Below, one piece after another: positions 1 through 8,591 of a stretch of DNA of 53,792 bases; position 1 is the first letter of the stretch, and the number at the start of each line of letters is the position of its first letter. Source of the stretch: a bacterium (GTDB lineage: Bacteria; Patescibacteriota; Microgenomatia; Daviesbacterales; UBA10151). The position numbers were made by a program, and so were the translations under genes. The stretch covers positions 1 through 53,792 of the forward strand of contig JAUSJM010000013.1 of assembly GCA_030647265.1 (NCBI GenBank), read 5' to 3'. The notes under the pieces were generated by a model. It saw only the letters and a program-made list of their open reading frames with translations. It was not told the origin of the DNA and did not search any database.

Positions 1-95
1 TCTCCCACCTCCACCACGGTACCAATATTTTCTTTGACCGCTTCCAGCTTCAGATCTTTAATCTGTTTTTCTACTAAACTTAAAATATCACTCAT
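1..95 (-). CDS. atpA: F1Fo ATP synthase subunit alpha, N-terminal part (runs off window)
   Basis: Minus-strand frame from ATG at 95 reads MSDILSLVEKQIKDLKLEAVKENIGTVVEVG(D), the typical AtpA start; overlaps the atpH stop. Not in the ORF track. Confidence 0.9.
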   Translation of the reverse strand, partial: MSDILSLVEKQIKDLKLEAVKENIGTVVEVG

Positions 96-486
96 GGATT
101 GCCTCCTTCAGTTGCAAAACTTTTTTTCCTACCGAGTCATCGTAAACCAAGTCGCTTATTTTAACTCTCATACCTCCTAAAAGGCCCGGGTTAACACTGT
201 TTTTGACCTTGGTAATGGAGAAGTGAATCTTCATCCCGGAAACCACTTTTTGTACCTGCTCTGCCGTTAAAGGCACAGCGCTTTCTATTTCCAAAGTTGT
301 TTTTGTCATCTCTCTTTTAACTCCTTTCCAATACTCAGTCAGAGCAGCGATAGCTTTTGGTAAGGGTAACTGTTTTAAAACACCTAAACATTTCCTCACC
401 TTTTCTTCCACCACCTCACCCTTGCCGTTAAAGCTCTCCGAAACAAGTTTCATTACTAAAAGTTTTATCTGTTTATCTTTTTTCAA
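88..486 (-). CDS. atpH: ATP synthase subunit delta (short form)
   Basis: SAVPLT...NPGLLGGMRVKISDLVYDDSV C-terminal delta motif; lies between atpF and atpA. Confidence 0.9.
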   Translation of the reverse strand: MKKDKQIKLLVMKLVSESFNGKGEVVEEKVRKCLGVLKQLPLPKAIAALTEYWKGVKREMTKTTLEIESAVPLTAEQVQKVVSGMKIHFSITKVKNSVNPGLLGGMRVKISDLVYDDSVGKKVLQLKEAIHE

Positions 487-977
487 GCCAGTCCTTCCAC
501 AGATCTTTGAATCATCTCTTTTTGGTCTTTCGTGGTAATAATCTTCCCTGTTACCTTCTGCAGACTTGCTGCTACCAAATCTGCCAGCTCTCCCCGGATT
601 TCCTGGTGCAACTTACCCCGTTCCTGCTCCATAGCATCCTTTGATTTCTCCATTAATTTTTTAATATCATGACCTGCTTTAAGGTGGGCTTCGGCCACAA
701 TCCTATCCGCAGTCTTAGCAGCCTCAGCTAAAATCTCCTCCGCCTCCCTGGAAGCCTTTTTTAACCTCTCTTCACGCTCCTTGGTAGTTTGCTCCAGCCT
801 CTTCTCAATCTCTTCGGCATTCCTTAAACTGTCAGCAATCCGCTGCTTTCTCTGATCCAGGGCCTTCAAAAGTGGTTTATAAAGAAACCTCTTTAAAATA
901 AAGAGCAGGATCAAAAAATTGACGACCTGCGCCATCAATAAAATTGGTTTAACACCAAAATTAGTTAAAATATCCAT
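483..977 (-). CDS. atpF: ATP synthase subunit b
   Basis: AQVVNFLILLFILKRFLYKPLL TM segment followed by coiled coil; start taken at MDILTNFG. Confidence 0.95.
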   Translation of the reverse strand: MDILTNFGVKPILLMAQVVNFLILLFILKRFLYKPLLKALDQRKQRIADSLRNAEEIEKRLEQTTKEREERLKKASREAEEILAEAAKTADRIVAEAHLKAGHDIKKLMEKSKDAMEQERGKLHQEIRGELADLVAASLQKVTGKIITTKDQKEMIQRSVEGLA

Positions 978-987
978 AATATACAAC

Positions 988-1043
988 TGTCATTCCCGCC
1001 CGCTTCGTCGGAGCTTCAGCGAGGCGAGCGAAAGCAGGAATCC
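988..1043 (+). repeat. Nested REP-like palindromes in the atpF-atpE spacer
   Basis: GTCATTCCC[GC...GC]GAAAGCAGGAATCC outer palindrome interrupted by GCCCGCTTCG-loop-GCGAGGCGAG; the inner arms recur in gyrA at 50660-50687. Confidence 0.8.
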
Positions 1044-1046
1044 ATG

Positions 1047-1253
<207 letters not shown>

Positions 1254-1283
1254 TTAATAACTCCTTTCTTTAATTTAATCATT

Positions 1284-2015
1284 TTATTCTCCCTGTTTTT
1301 CCGATAAAAGCACCATAAAAGTCAGTGTCAGCATCATAAACACCGCTGCCTGCACAAAACCCACAATAATTTCCAAAAAATAAAAGGGGAGAGGAACAAC
1401 AAAAGCAAAGATCCCGGCAATTGTTGCCAACACAATCTCTCCTGCAAATATATTACCAAATAACCGGAAGGAAAGGGAGACTATCTTGGTAAATTCTCCC
1501 ACTAACTCTAAAAGTCCCACAAATAAAAAGATGGGGTTTAAATTAAACCACTTTTTAAAATAATCTAAAATGCCAAGATACCTTACAGCTAAAATATGGG
1601 TAGCAATAACAGAGATCAAAGCTAAGGCTAGGGTGGTATTAAGGTCAGCATTAATAGAGCGTAAAAGTGGCACAAAAACTTGCTTGCCTTTGTGAATCTC
1701 GTTGAAACCGATGGTACCAAACCCAGGTAAAAGCCCCAGCCAATTGGCAGTAATAATAAAAAGGAAAAAAGTCATGATCAGGGGGAAAAATACTTTAGCC
1801 TTGGAATGGGCTAAATCCTCAGTTAAGTCATAAACTGCTTCAATGGCAAATTCAAAAACGTTCTGTAAACCGGCCGGGACTACTTGAACACTGCGGGTAG
1901 CAAAAATTGCCACCGCGGAAAGTAAAATAGTTGTCACAAAGGTTACCAACATAGAGTTAGTAAGAGGGATTGGTCCTAAATGACCGATGGTTTCTGCAGC
2001 GAGTTGGATTTCCAC
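1284..2015 (-). CDS. atpB: ATP synthase subunit a
   Basis: NWLGLLPG, SLSFRLFGNIFAGE, VGFVQAAVF motifs; likely GTG start at 2015 (VEIQLAAET). The ORF-track extension to 2237 is antisense to a small gene. Confidence 0.95.
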   Translation of the reverse strand: MEIQLAAETIGHLGPIPLTNSMLVTFVTTILLSAVAIFATRSVQVVPAGLQNVFEFAIEAVYDLTEDLAHSKAKVFFPLIMTFFLFIITANWLGLLPGFGTIGFNEIHKGKQVFVPLLRSINADLNTTLALALISVIATHILAVRYLGILDYFKKWFNLNPIFLFVGLLELVGEFTKIVSLSFRLFGNIFAGEIVLATIAGIFAFVVPLPFYFLEIIVGFVQAAVFMMLTLTFMVLLSEKQGE

Positions 2016-2060
2016 AACAGTACATTTTACCCGAGGCGAGCTTGGAGAGTCAAGGCCGTA

Positions 2061-2089
2061 TTGACGTTTTAGTATGCTGTACTTAATAT
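2061..2089 (+). promoter_or_regulatory. Putative sigma70 promoter for the small Pro/Ala-rich gene
   Basis: TTGACG-17bp-TAATAT, then SD GGAGGTGA before ATG 2126. Confidence 0.5.
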
Positions 2090-2125
2090 AAAAGGACAAA
2101 CTGCTTTTGAGAGGAGGTGAATTTA

Positions 2126-2341
2126 ATGGACGATCCAACACAAGTACCAACAACTGATACTCCTGTTGTTCCAGCTGCAGATCCTGCTGCTCCAGCAGCT
2201 CCAGTTGAACCAACAGAGCCCGCAGTTCCTGCACCAACTATACCTGATCCAGCTGCTCCGGCAGCATCAGAACCAGCAGCTTCCGAACCCGCACCACAAG
2301 GTGAGGCAGGGGAAGAGGCAGGAAACGGAGGTATGCAGTAG
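2126..2341 (+). CDS. Small acidic Pro/Ala-rich disordered protein (71 aa)
   Basis: Strong SD GAGGAGGTGA, upstream promoter and downstream hairpin; MDDPTQVPTTDTPVVPAADPAAPAAP... contains no K/R or aromatic residues. Confidence 0.75.
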   Translation: MDDPTQVPTTDTPVVPAADPAAPAAPVEPTEPAVPAPTIPDPAAPAASEPAASEPAPQGEAGEEAGNGGMQ

Positions 2342-2360
2342 TATATGTTTACCTACAAAT

Positions 2361-2406
2361 AAAACTGCTCGGGGAGCCAATACTTTCGAGAACCCGAGCA
2401 GTTTTT
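2361..2406 (+). terminator. Likely bidirectional intrinsic terminator
   Basis: AAAACTGCTCGGG ... CCCGAGCAGTTTT 13-bp inverted repeat between convergent genes. Confidence 0.7.
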
Positions 2407-2417
2407 ATGTAAACTTT

Positions 2418-3050
2418 TCAAGGTGTCCAACTTTCATAGGTATAACAGTTGTTGCTGAAAGCTATACATCCGTAGGTAGTGTTAGCTCGAAGGTTAGCAG
2501 CATGACCGGAAGAAGCAATCCAGACAGGAACCACACCTTGATAGTTTGAGTTCATGGCAATATTTTCCACAATTTTATGATACGAGGGATAAGGAAGATT
2601 CTTGCTGTTTACTCTGTTAGTAAAACCATCATGGTTAAAGTTAGCAGTGACTTCAGAAGCCCTGACAGCAGCAAAGTTACAAGTGTATAAATCAGTTTTA
2701 ACCTCTGCTAAACCCTGGGACTGTCGATAATCATTGATCTGCTTCATTATATAATCCCTTTGGGAGAGGGTAGGTAATGAGGTGGGAGTTATTGGAATTT
2801 TGGTAGGTGTAGGAGTAGAAACTTTTGCTGGGGTTAATGTAGGAGTTAAGGTAGGTTTAGATATTGGCTTTACAGGCAAAGAGGGGATAATAGGCACTGG
2901 AGGTATAGTTGGTATACTGGGCAGTGGCATGGCCTGTGAAAACTTTTCACCTTCCCACATGGAGTGTGGGAACTCAAATTTAGATAAAACTCCCAATATT
3001 AAGGGAGTAGATAATAGTATGGAAACAAAAATGGCAGGCAGTATGGGCAA
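2418..3050 (-). CDS. CAP/SCP-domain surface protein with Pro/Thr-rich linker
   Basis: N-terminal hydrophobic segment, PTLTPT linker, INDYRQSQGL...FNH...ENIA...WIASSGHAANL CAP motifs. Confidence 0.85.
   Translation of the reverse strand: MPILPAIFVSILLSTPLILGVLSKFEFPHSMWEGEKFSQAMPLPSIPTIPPVPIIPSLPVKPISKPTLTPTLTPAKVSTPTPTKIPITPTSLPTLSQRDYIMKQINDYRQSQGLAEVKTDLYTCNFAAVRASEVTANFNHDGFTNRVNSKNLPYPSYHKIVENIAMNSNYQGVVPVWIASSGHAANLRANTTYGCIAFSNNCYTYESWTP
2944..2972 (+). repeat. REP family A copy in frame in the CAP gene
   Basis: TTTTCACCTTCCCACA-TGGAG-TGTGGGAA; identical to the RAYT1-flanking repeat except the 5-nt loop is reverse-complemented; encodes FPHSMWEGEK. Confidence 0.9.
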
Positions 3051-3165
3051 AGCTGAAGGATAATATAAGGCAGTTAAAAATCTTTGTCAAACTAAACATG
3101 TAGGTGATTTTAATAATCTTTATCTTTGTAAAAGTAAAAGGATTTTATGAACCTGTGTTATAATC

Positions 3166-3516
3166 TTGGATAAGATGAAAGAGCAAGTAAGTGAAAGAGC
3201 AATCACTTCCGATCAATATTTGATCCAAGCTAATTGTCCTCACCGTTACCGTGATGGGCTTCCATTAAAATGTACCGCAGCTAGCGGGCGCTGCAAGCTA
3301 CGCGAAGCTTTATCCTCACCCAACCCCTTTTGTGAAGGATCTAGACTTAGCACCCGTGCATGTCCTATTGTGAGTGAGGTTTTACATCAACTCGTAACAA
3401 TACAACTTCACGACGACCGTATATCAGTTAACCTAGTTGAAACATTGATGAGTGAGATTATTGGACAACAACCAATATCTTCTCTTAAAGAAAACGCCAA
3501 CCTGTTTAAAAAATAA
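3166..3516 (+). CDS. Hypothetical protein with a Cys-rich central segment
   Basis: ORF fills the gap between the CAP and ABC genes; five Cys; no recognisable family. Confidence 0.5.
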   Translation: MDKMKEQVSERAITSDQYLIQANCPHRYRDGLPLKCTAASGRCKLREALSSPNPFCEGSRLSTRACPIVSEVLHQLVTIQLHDDRISVNLVETLMSEIIGQQPISSLKENANLFKK

Positions 3517-5340
3517 TTATTGGTAACCTTTAGCCTGGAGTTTAAAAAGAGAGGCATATTGACCATCTAATTTCATTAAACTTTGGTGTTCTCCTGATTC
3601 AGTAATAGCTCCATTTTTAATAACATAAATTTTATCAGCATTCCTCACTGTGGAAAAACGGTGGGAGATGATAACAACGGTTTTTTCTTTGGAAAGCCTT
3701 TCCACTCTGCTAAAAATCTCTGATTCTGCCTTGGCATCAATAGAAGCTGTGGGCTCATCAAGTACTAATACCGGAGCATTTCTAAAAAAGGCTCTGGCCA
3801 AAGCGATCTTTTGCCATTGCCCACCTGACAACTCAATCCCTTCCTCAAAGGTTTTACCCAGCATCTGTTCATATCCTTTATCTAAAGTTTTAATCATCCG
3901 ATGAGCTCCGGCGGAGGTAGAGGCTTTGATCACCTCAGCCAGTCCAGCTTCTTTGTAGGATCTTCCAAAAGCAATATTCTCCCGGACTGTATGATCATAC
4001 TTATTAAAATCCTGGAAGAGGATTCCCAAAGCCTTGTACCACCCTTCCAAATCAAGATCTTTAATGTTTACTCCGTTGATTAGAATCTCACCCCCATCCA
4101 CATCATAAAACCTGGCTAAAAGCTTGATAACGGTAGATTTACCTGCTCCGTTTTCTCCCACAAATGCCACTTTCTCTCCAGACTCTATCACTAAAGAAAA
4201 CCCCTTGAGGATATACTTTTCACTCTCCGGATATTTAAAATCAACATTTTTAAATTCAATTCTGGGAGCTTTAGCCAGATTTAAAGCCACAGGATGTTCT
4301 GGAATCTTAATTATAGATTCCAGCTCCAAAACCTCAAAGATGTTTTTTATATACAGACTGTTATCAAAAATTCCATTGATGTTTCTAAATAGCCCTCCTA
4401 AACCATTTTGAAAGTTAGAAACTACCCCGGTATAAAAGTTGATATCACCAACAGTCACTTTTTTGGTTAAAGCCTCAAAGATAACAAAGATTTCTACTCC
4501 TACAAACACTGCTGTAGAAAGACCATTAAAGATTAGATTCAAAAAGTAGTTCCTTTTTGCCAAGCCGGTATTATCCTCATAAAACTTCTGCTGAATACCT
4601 TGGATCTCTTTAATAAATTGTTTTGCTAAACTAAAAAGTTTTATCTCTTTGGCCTCTCTGGGACCCTGGAGGATATGCTGCAGGTAACCATGTCTTTTCC
4701 TATAAGGAGTGTTGTCAGACCAAATTCCCCAGGCCAGTTTAGATTGCTTAGACTGATTAATAAACTCAGGAATAGCTACTAAAGACACTAAAACCACCAA
4801 AAACCAGTTCAGCTTAGCAATAGCCACAAAGGCTATCATTACTTGGAGTAAATTCTGAAAGCCAAAGAAAAGTTGGTCTACCAGCTGCTGGGGACGGTAA
4901 TTATAACTTTCCCGAGCTTTATCTATAAGATCCCTAAATTTGCTGTTTTCAAAGTAATGGACATCCAAAGAAGTAATTTTATTCAACATCAGTTCACTAA
5001 TGACCATCGGAACCTTAGTCCAAAGTATTCGTTCCACTAAGTCCTGAGTCCTGAAGGCTACCTCCTGGAAAAAATAAGTGGCAACCCGAAGGGCGAGAAG
5101 CGGATAAAACTTGCTGGGATCAAAAGGGGTTCCGCTTACCACTCCCACCACCAAATCAATCACCAGTTTATAAATATAGATATTGATAAAGGGGATAAAG
5201 GCAGGGACCAAGGTAGAACCAGCAGCTCCTAAAAAGAGCCAGCGGTCCACTTTCCAAACCAGCTTTAAAAGCTGCCAGGAAACTTTAGCAGTATCTTTAA
5301 TTTGATCAAGCTTTTTTGTCGGGGTTTGTTCGGGTTCCAT
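3517..5340 (-). CDS. ABC exporter, fused permease/ATP-binding protein
   Basis: N-terminal TM domain; Walker A GENGAGKS, LSGGQWQKIALAR, VLDEPTA, ISHR motifs. Confidence 0.95.
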   Translation of the reverse strand: MEPEQTPTKKLDQIKDTAKVSWQLLKLVWKVDRWLFLGAAGSTLVPAFIPFINIYIYKLVIDLVVGVVSGTPFDPSKFYPLLALRVATYFFQEVAFRTQDLVERILWTKVPMVISELMLNKITSLDVHYFENSKFRDLIDKARESYNYRPQQLVDQLFFGFQNLLQVMIAFVAIAKLNWFLVVLVSLVAIPEFINQSKQSKLAWGIWSDNTPYRKRHGYLQHILQGPREAKEIKLFSLAKQFIKEIQGIQQKFYEDNTGLAKRNYFLNLIFNGLSTAVFVGVEIFVIFEALTKKVTVGDINFYTGVVSNFQNGLGGLFRNINGIFDNSLYIKNIFEVLELESIIKIPEHPVALNLAKAPRIEFKNVDFKYPESEKYILKGFSLVIESGEKVAFVGENGAGKSTVIKLLARFYDVDGGEILINGVNIKDLDLEGWYKALGILFQDFNKYDHTVRENIAFGRSYKEAGLAEVIKASTSAGAHRMIKTLDKGYEQMLGKTFEEGIELSGGQWQKIALARAFFRNAPVLVLDEPTASIDAKAESEIFSRVERLSKEKTVVIISHRFSTVRNADKIYVIKNGAITESGEHQSLMKLDGQYASLFKLQAKGYQ

Positions 5341-5397
5341 CCTACCATGCTAACATAAACTCTAGATATTTCAAGAAGAAAATATATAATCCCAACA

Positions 5398-5434
5398 ATT
5401 TTCACCTTCCCACACTCCATGTGGGAATCTAAAA
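5398..5434 (+). repeat. REP family A copy downstream of RAYT1
   Basis: ATTTTCACCTTCCCACACTCCATGTGGGAATCTAAAA with TTCCCACA/TGTGGGAA stem; exact 37-bp duplicate at 5618-5654. Confidence 0.92.
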
Positions 5435-5437
5435 ACT

Positions 5438-6103
5438 TTACACCTCTTCATCAATAGATAGGGAATACAGGGTAGGATCTTCTATCTCTGTTTCTTCAAC
5501 AAAGGCTTGATAACTTAAATTAGGATTAGTCTTAGAAAAATAAGAGATAATTGTCTCAATATCACAAAATGGGTGTTGTTTACCAGAGATATAAGCTCTA
5601 TATGATGAATAGTAGTTATTTTCACCTTCCCACACTCCATGTGGGAATCTAAAACCCAAGGGATTCCTATGGATGTATTTAGAAAGCTGAAGGAGATATT
5701 CTTCATTTTCAATTAACCTGGCTTTAAATGGACCCTGAAAGAGAGAGCCAACACGTTCATATTTGGTGTTGAAGTACCTTGTATAGCTATCAGAAACTTT
5801 CCTCAAAAAAAGTGTCACGCCTCCGTCCTCAAGCTGTTGAATTAAGAGGTGAAAATGGTTTGGCATTAAACAAAAACAGTATATTCTTATCATCTCTTTT
5901 TGATCTTCTATCTTCTTCATCTTTATCACACCTCTTCTAAAATCTGAAAGTTTCATTGGGACTGGTTCTCTTCGGTAATAGTCCAAGGTTTCCAAAAAAC
6001 GCCAATAATCTCTCTTACCCATAAAAATTCCTCTCTTTTCCACACCTCTGTTGTAGATATGATAAAACTCACCAGAAACAAAAGGAGGATTTAACATACT
6101 CAT
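5438..6103 (-). mobile_element. REP-associated tyrosine transposase (RAYT; IS200/IS605 Y1 HUH family), copy 1
   Basis: YHIYNRG, CLMPNHFHLL (HUH), YFNTKYERVGSLFQGPFKA, YIHRNP, SSY; flanked by family A palindromes. Confidence 0.92.
5618..5654 (+). repeat. REP family A copy in frame inside RAYT1
   Basis: Exact duplicate of 5398-5434; encodes FRFPHGVWEGEN between the HRNP and YSSY motifs. Confidence 0.92.
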
Positions 6104-6110
6104 ATGATAT

Positions 6111-6152
6111 ATTTCACCTTCCCACACTTCAAGTGGGAACACGAAAATAATT
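6111..6152 (+). repeat. REP family A variant upstream of RAYT1
   Basis: ATTTCACCTTCCCACACTTCAAGTGGGAACACGAAAATAATT; the last 21 nt match murC 46631-46651 exactly. Confidence 0.85.
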
Positions 6153-6186
6153 TTAGGTTCTATTAAGGTTGGTATATAATCAGGAT

Positions 6187-7308
6187 ATGACTAGTGAAGA
6201 AAAATTTAATCTCATCACCAGAAACTTAGAGGAGGTTTTAACTCCGGAAGAGCTTAAGGCTTTAATTGAATCTGGAAAACCCTTAATCCACTATATAGGT
6301 TTCGAAATTTCCGGAAAAGTTCACTTAGGTCAAGGTATCGCTGTCATGCAAAAAGTCAAAGAGATCCACGAGTCCGGAGCAAAGACAATTATCTGGTTAG
6401 CAGATTGGCATGGGTGGATTAACAACAAACTTGATGGCACACTAGAGACCGCTCAAAAGATGGCCCGAGAATTTTTTTCTGAAGCCATGAAAGCTGCCTA
6501 TATCTGTGTTGGAGGAAATCCGGATGACTTAGTTTTTATGCAGGGAAGTGAGATTTATAGTGAGCACCCTGAATTTTGGGCCAAAACAATTAAAGTGGCA
6601 AAAGGCACAACAATTTCCCGAATGATGCGTTCCACAGATATTATGGGAAGAGTAGCTGGGGAATCCTCAAACACTGCCACACTTTTTTATCCTGCTATGC
6701 AGGCTGCAGATATTTTTCAACTAGGAGTCAATATCGCCCATGCAGGAACTGATCAAAGAAACGTTCATATCGTCGCCAGAGATGCAGCAAAGGACTTGGG
6801 ATTTGAAAAACCAATTGCCATTCACCATCACCTTATCATGGGTCTAAAACCCTTAGGAGAAAAGAACGACCAGAATTTTAATAAAAGCTTGTCTTATGAA
6901 GAGAAAGCTGATCTTATAACAGCTTTAAAGATGAGTAAATCCAAGCCCGATACAGCTCTTTTTATTACTGATTCTCCTGAAGAGATACAAAGAAAGGTTA
7001 ACAATGCATATTGCCCGGAGGGGGAAGTGGAATTTAATCCTATTTTAGATTGGACCAAATATTTAATCTTTTACAATCCCACCACTTTTACTGTTAAAAG
7101 AGATGAAAAGTGGGGAGGGGATCTAACATACACTTCTTATGAAGATCTGGAAAGGGATTATGCTGAGAAAAAACTCCACCCTCAGGATTTAAAAACTACT
7201 GTAGCTGAATGGTTAATAGAAAAGCTGGAACCAGCGAGGATTTACTTTGAAGATCCTCAAAGAAAAGCAGCTTTAGAGGAAATTGAAAGACTTACTGTAA
7301 AGAGTTAG
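6187..7308 (+). CDS. tyrS: Tyrosyl-tRNA synthetase, archaeal/eukaryotic type
   Basis: YIGFEISGKVHLGQ, YPAMQAAD, GTDQR, KMSKS, AYCP..EVEFNPI, LHPQDLK; no S4-like C-terminal domain. Confidence 0.93.
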   Translation: MTSEEKFNLITRNLEEVLTPEELKALIESGKPLIHYIGFEISGKVHLGQGIAVMQKVKEIHESGAKTIIWLADWHGWINNKLDGTLETAQKMAREFFSEAMKAAYICVGGNPDDLVFMQGSEIYSEHPEFWAKTIKVAKGTTISRMMRSTDIMGRVAGESSNTATLFYPAMQAADIFQLGVNIAHAGTDQRNVHIVARDAAKDLGFEKPIAIHHHLIMGLKPLGEKNDQNFNKSLSYEEKADLITALKMSKSKPDTALFITDSPEEIQRKVNNAYCPEGEVEFNPILDWTKYLIFYNPTTFTVKRDEKWGGDLTYTSYEDLERDYAEKKLHPQDLKTTVAEWLIEKLEPARIYFEDPQRKAALEEIERLTVKS

Positions 7309-7317
7309 AATATACTC

Positions 7318-7425
7318 ATGGATGGTTTTACTAAGAAATACAGAATCATTTGGATAATAATTACTGCCCTAGGTACAATTTCTATTCTCCTTTTTTCCCT
7401 TTTACCACTTTTTAGTAATTTTTAA
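7318..7425 (+). CDS. Small single-pass membrane protein (35 aa)
   Basis: MDGFTKKYRIIWIIITALGTISILLFSLLPLFSNF*; TAGAAT 6 nt before the ATG; below the ORF-track length cutoff. Confidence 0.6.
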   Translation: MDGFTKKYRIIWIIITALGTISILLFSLLPLFSNF

Positions 7426-7434
7426 CGAGGACAA

Positions 7435-8490
7435 CTACACAGGTAGGGGAGAAGAATTTTCAGGTAACCGGAGAGAGAATAAACGCAAGGCTCTCTGGCA
7501 CCCCAAGACCATCTTCTCCTTAAATCGAGCTAAAAATCCACCTTGAGGAACTTTCTGAGCATCTTGAGCTTCCCATTTTTTTCTCATATCTTGAACCTCC
7601 CTGAGTACACCTATACCTTGTGCCTTCCTCCACTCTAGAACAGCCTCAGACTGATGAGCTTTAGCAGTAGAAATAAGATTCAGCATAAACCGGTCATGTC
7701 CCCTGTAGCTTCCCAACTGCTCTGGCCTCCTTGCTAATGCTGTTTCATATAATTTAGAAAGGCTAACTCTTTCCCTCTCACTCCTCTCTCCGACTTGAGT
7801 CAAAACCATGGTATCTTGTTCCGCATCTAGCCCTGTCTTTCTATCATCCAAAATTACGCGGGAAATGGTATCATGGTAAGTTTTATCCCTGCGGTCTAAT
7901 CTTCGCAGTGCTATCTCTAAACATTGGATATTATCTTCAACCTTTCCTTGATTACTGAGGTAAGATAACCAGGGGTCAAAACGTTCCTTCCCTCTTTGAT
8001 CACCCCTCTTCTCATCTCTTAAACTTCGCCTGGCCGCCCTTAATTGATCACTCTTGTCCACAGTATCACGAGCCAGAGAAACTATATTTTGGTCCATTGA
8101 GTCTTCACCAGCAATTAATCCTTTTCTATAAGCCCGGATCAGACAACGCCCTCTTGACTTCGCCATCCTTAAAGGGTCCTCTGTATATCTCCTACTGGCC
8201 CTAAAGAGATCTCTTCCTCCAACAAAAAACCTTTCTCTGCCCATACATTGCTCCCCTAAAGAAGTTTCCAACTCCGCTTTCTTCTCCCCTAGGAAAGAAA
8301 TTTGGGATTGCCAATCCTCCACACCCTGTTTCTTTCGAGCTAATCGTCCTAAAATTATTTCTTTAGCTTGTTCCACACCTAAATAAACTTTCCCTGGCTC
8401 CATTCTACCCCCTACTGGAAAAGGGATAACCTTGGCTAAAGCCCCGGGCTCTCTAGAACTCTCGGATGGCACCATTTCTGTTAATCTCAT
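7435..8490 (-). CDS. Hypothetical charged, helical/coiled-coil protein
   Basis: 351-aa ORF, R/E/K rich, no recognisable motif. Confidence 0.65.
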   Translation of the reverse strand: MRLTEMVPSESSREPGALAKVIPFPVGGRMEPGKVYLGVEQAKEIILGRLARKKQGVEDWQSQISFLGEKKAELETSLGEQCMGRERFFVGGRDLFRASRRYTEDPLRMAKSRGRCLIRAYRKGLIAGEDSMDQNIVSLARDTVDKSDQLRAARRSLRDEKRGDQRGKERFDPWLSYLSNQGKVEDNIQCLEIALRRLDRRDKTYHDTISRVILDDRKTGLDAEQDTMVLTQVGERSERERVSLSKLYETALARRPEQLGSYRGHDRFMLNLISTAKAHQSEAVLEWRKAQGIGVLREVQDMRKKWEAQDAQKVPQGGFLARFKEKMVLGCQRALRLFSLRLPENSSPLPV

Positions 8491-8591
8491 AAATAAAAAC
8501 TACAACAATGTTGACATAATATCCCTATAGGCCTCAAGTGTCAACTGGACAAAATGGTATCATACAAGAAGTCAGCTTGCTGTGATTTACT

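Noticed and set aside
2029-2058. GC-rich CCCGAGGCGAGC...GAGTCAAGG upstream of atpB as a REP
   Set aside because: It shares CGAGGCGAGC with the nested repeat at 1020 but lacks a convincing opposite arm.
2016-2237. 73-aa N-terminal extension of AtpB in the ORF track
   Set aside because: It is the antisense shadow of the Pro/Ala-rich gene and its promoter region; AtpB-like sequence begins at GTG 2015.
5398-6152. 37-bp palindromic repeats as a CRISPR array
   Set aside because: Spacings of 220 and about 490 bp, one copy inside a CDS and no cas genes; the pattern fits RAYT-associated REPs.
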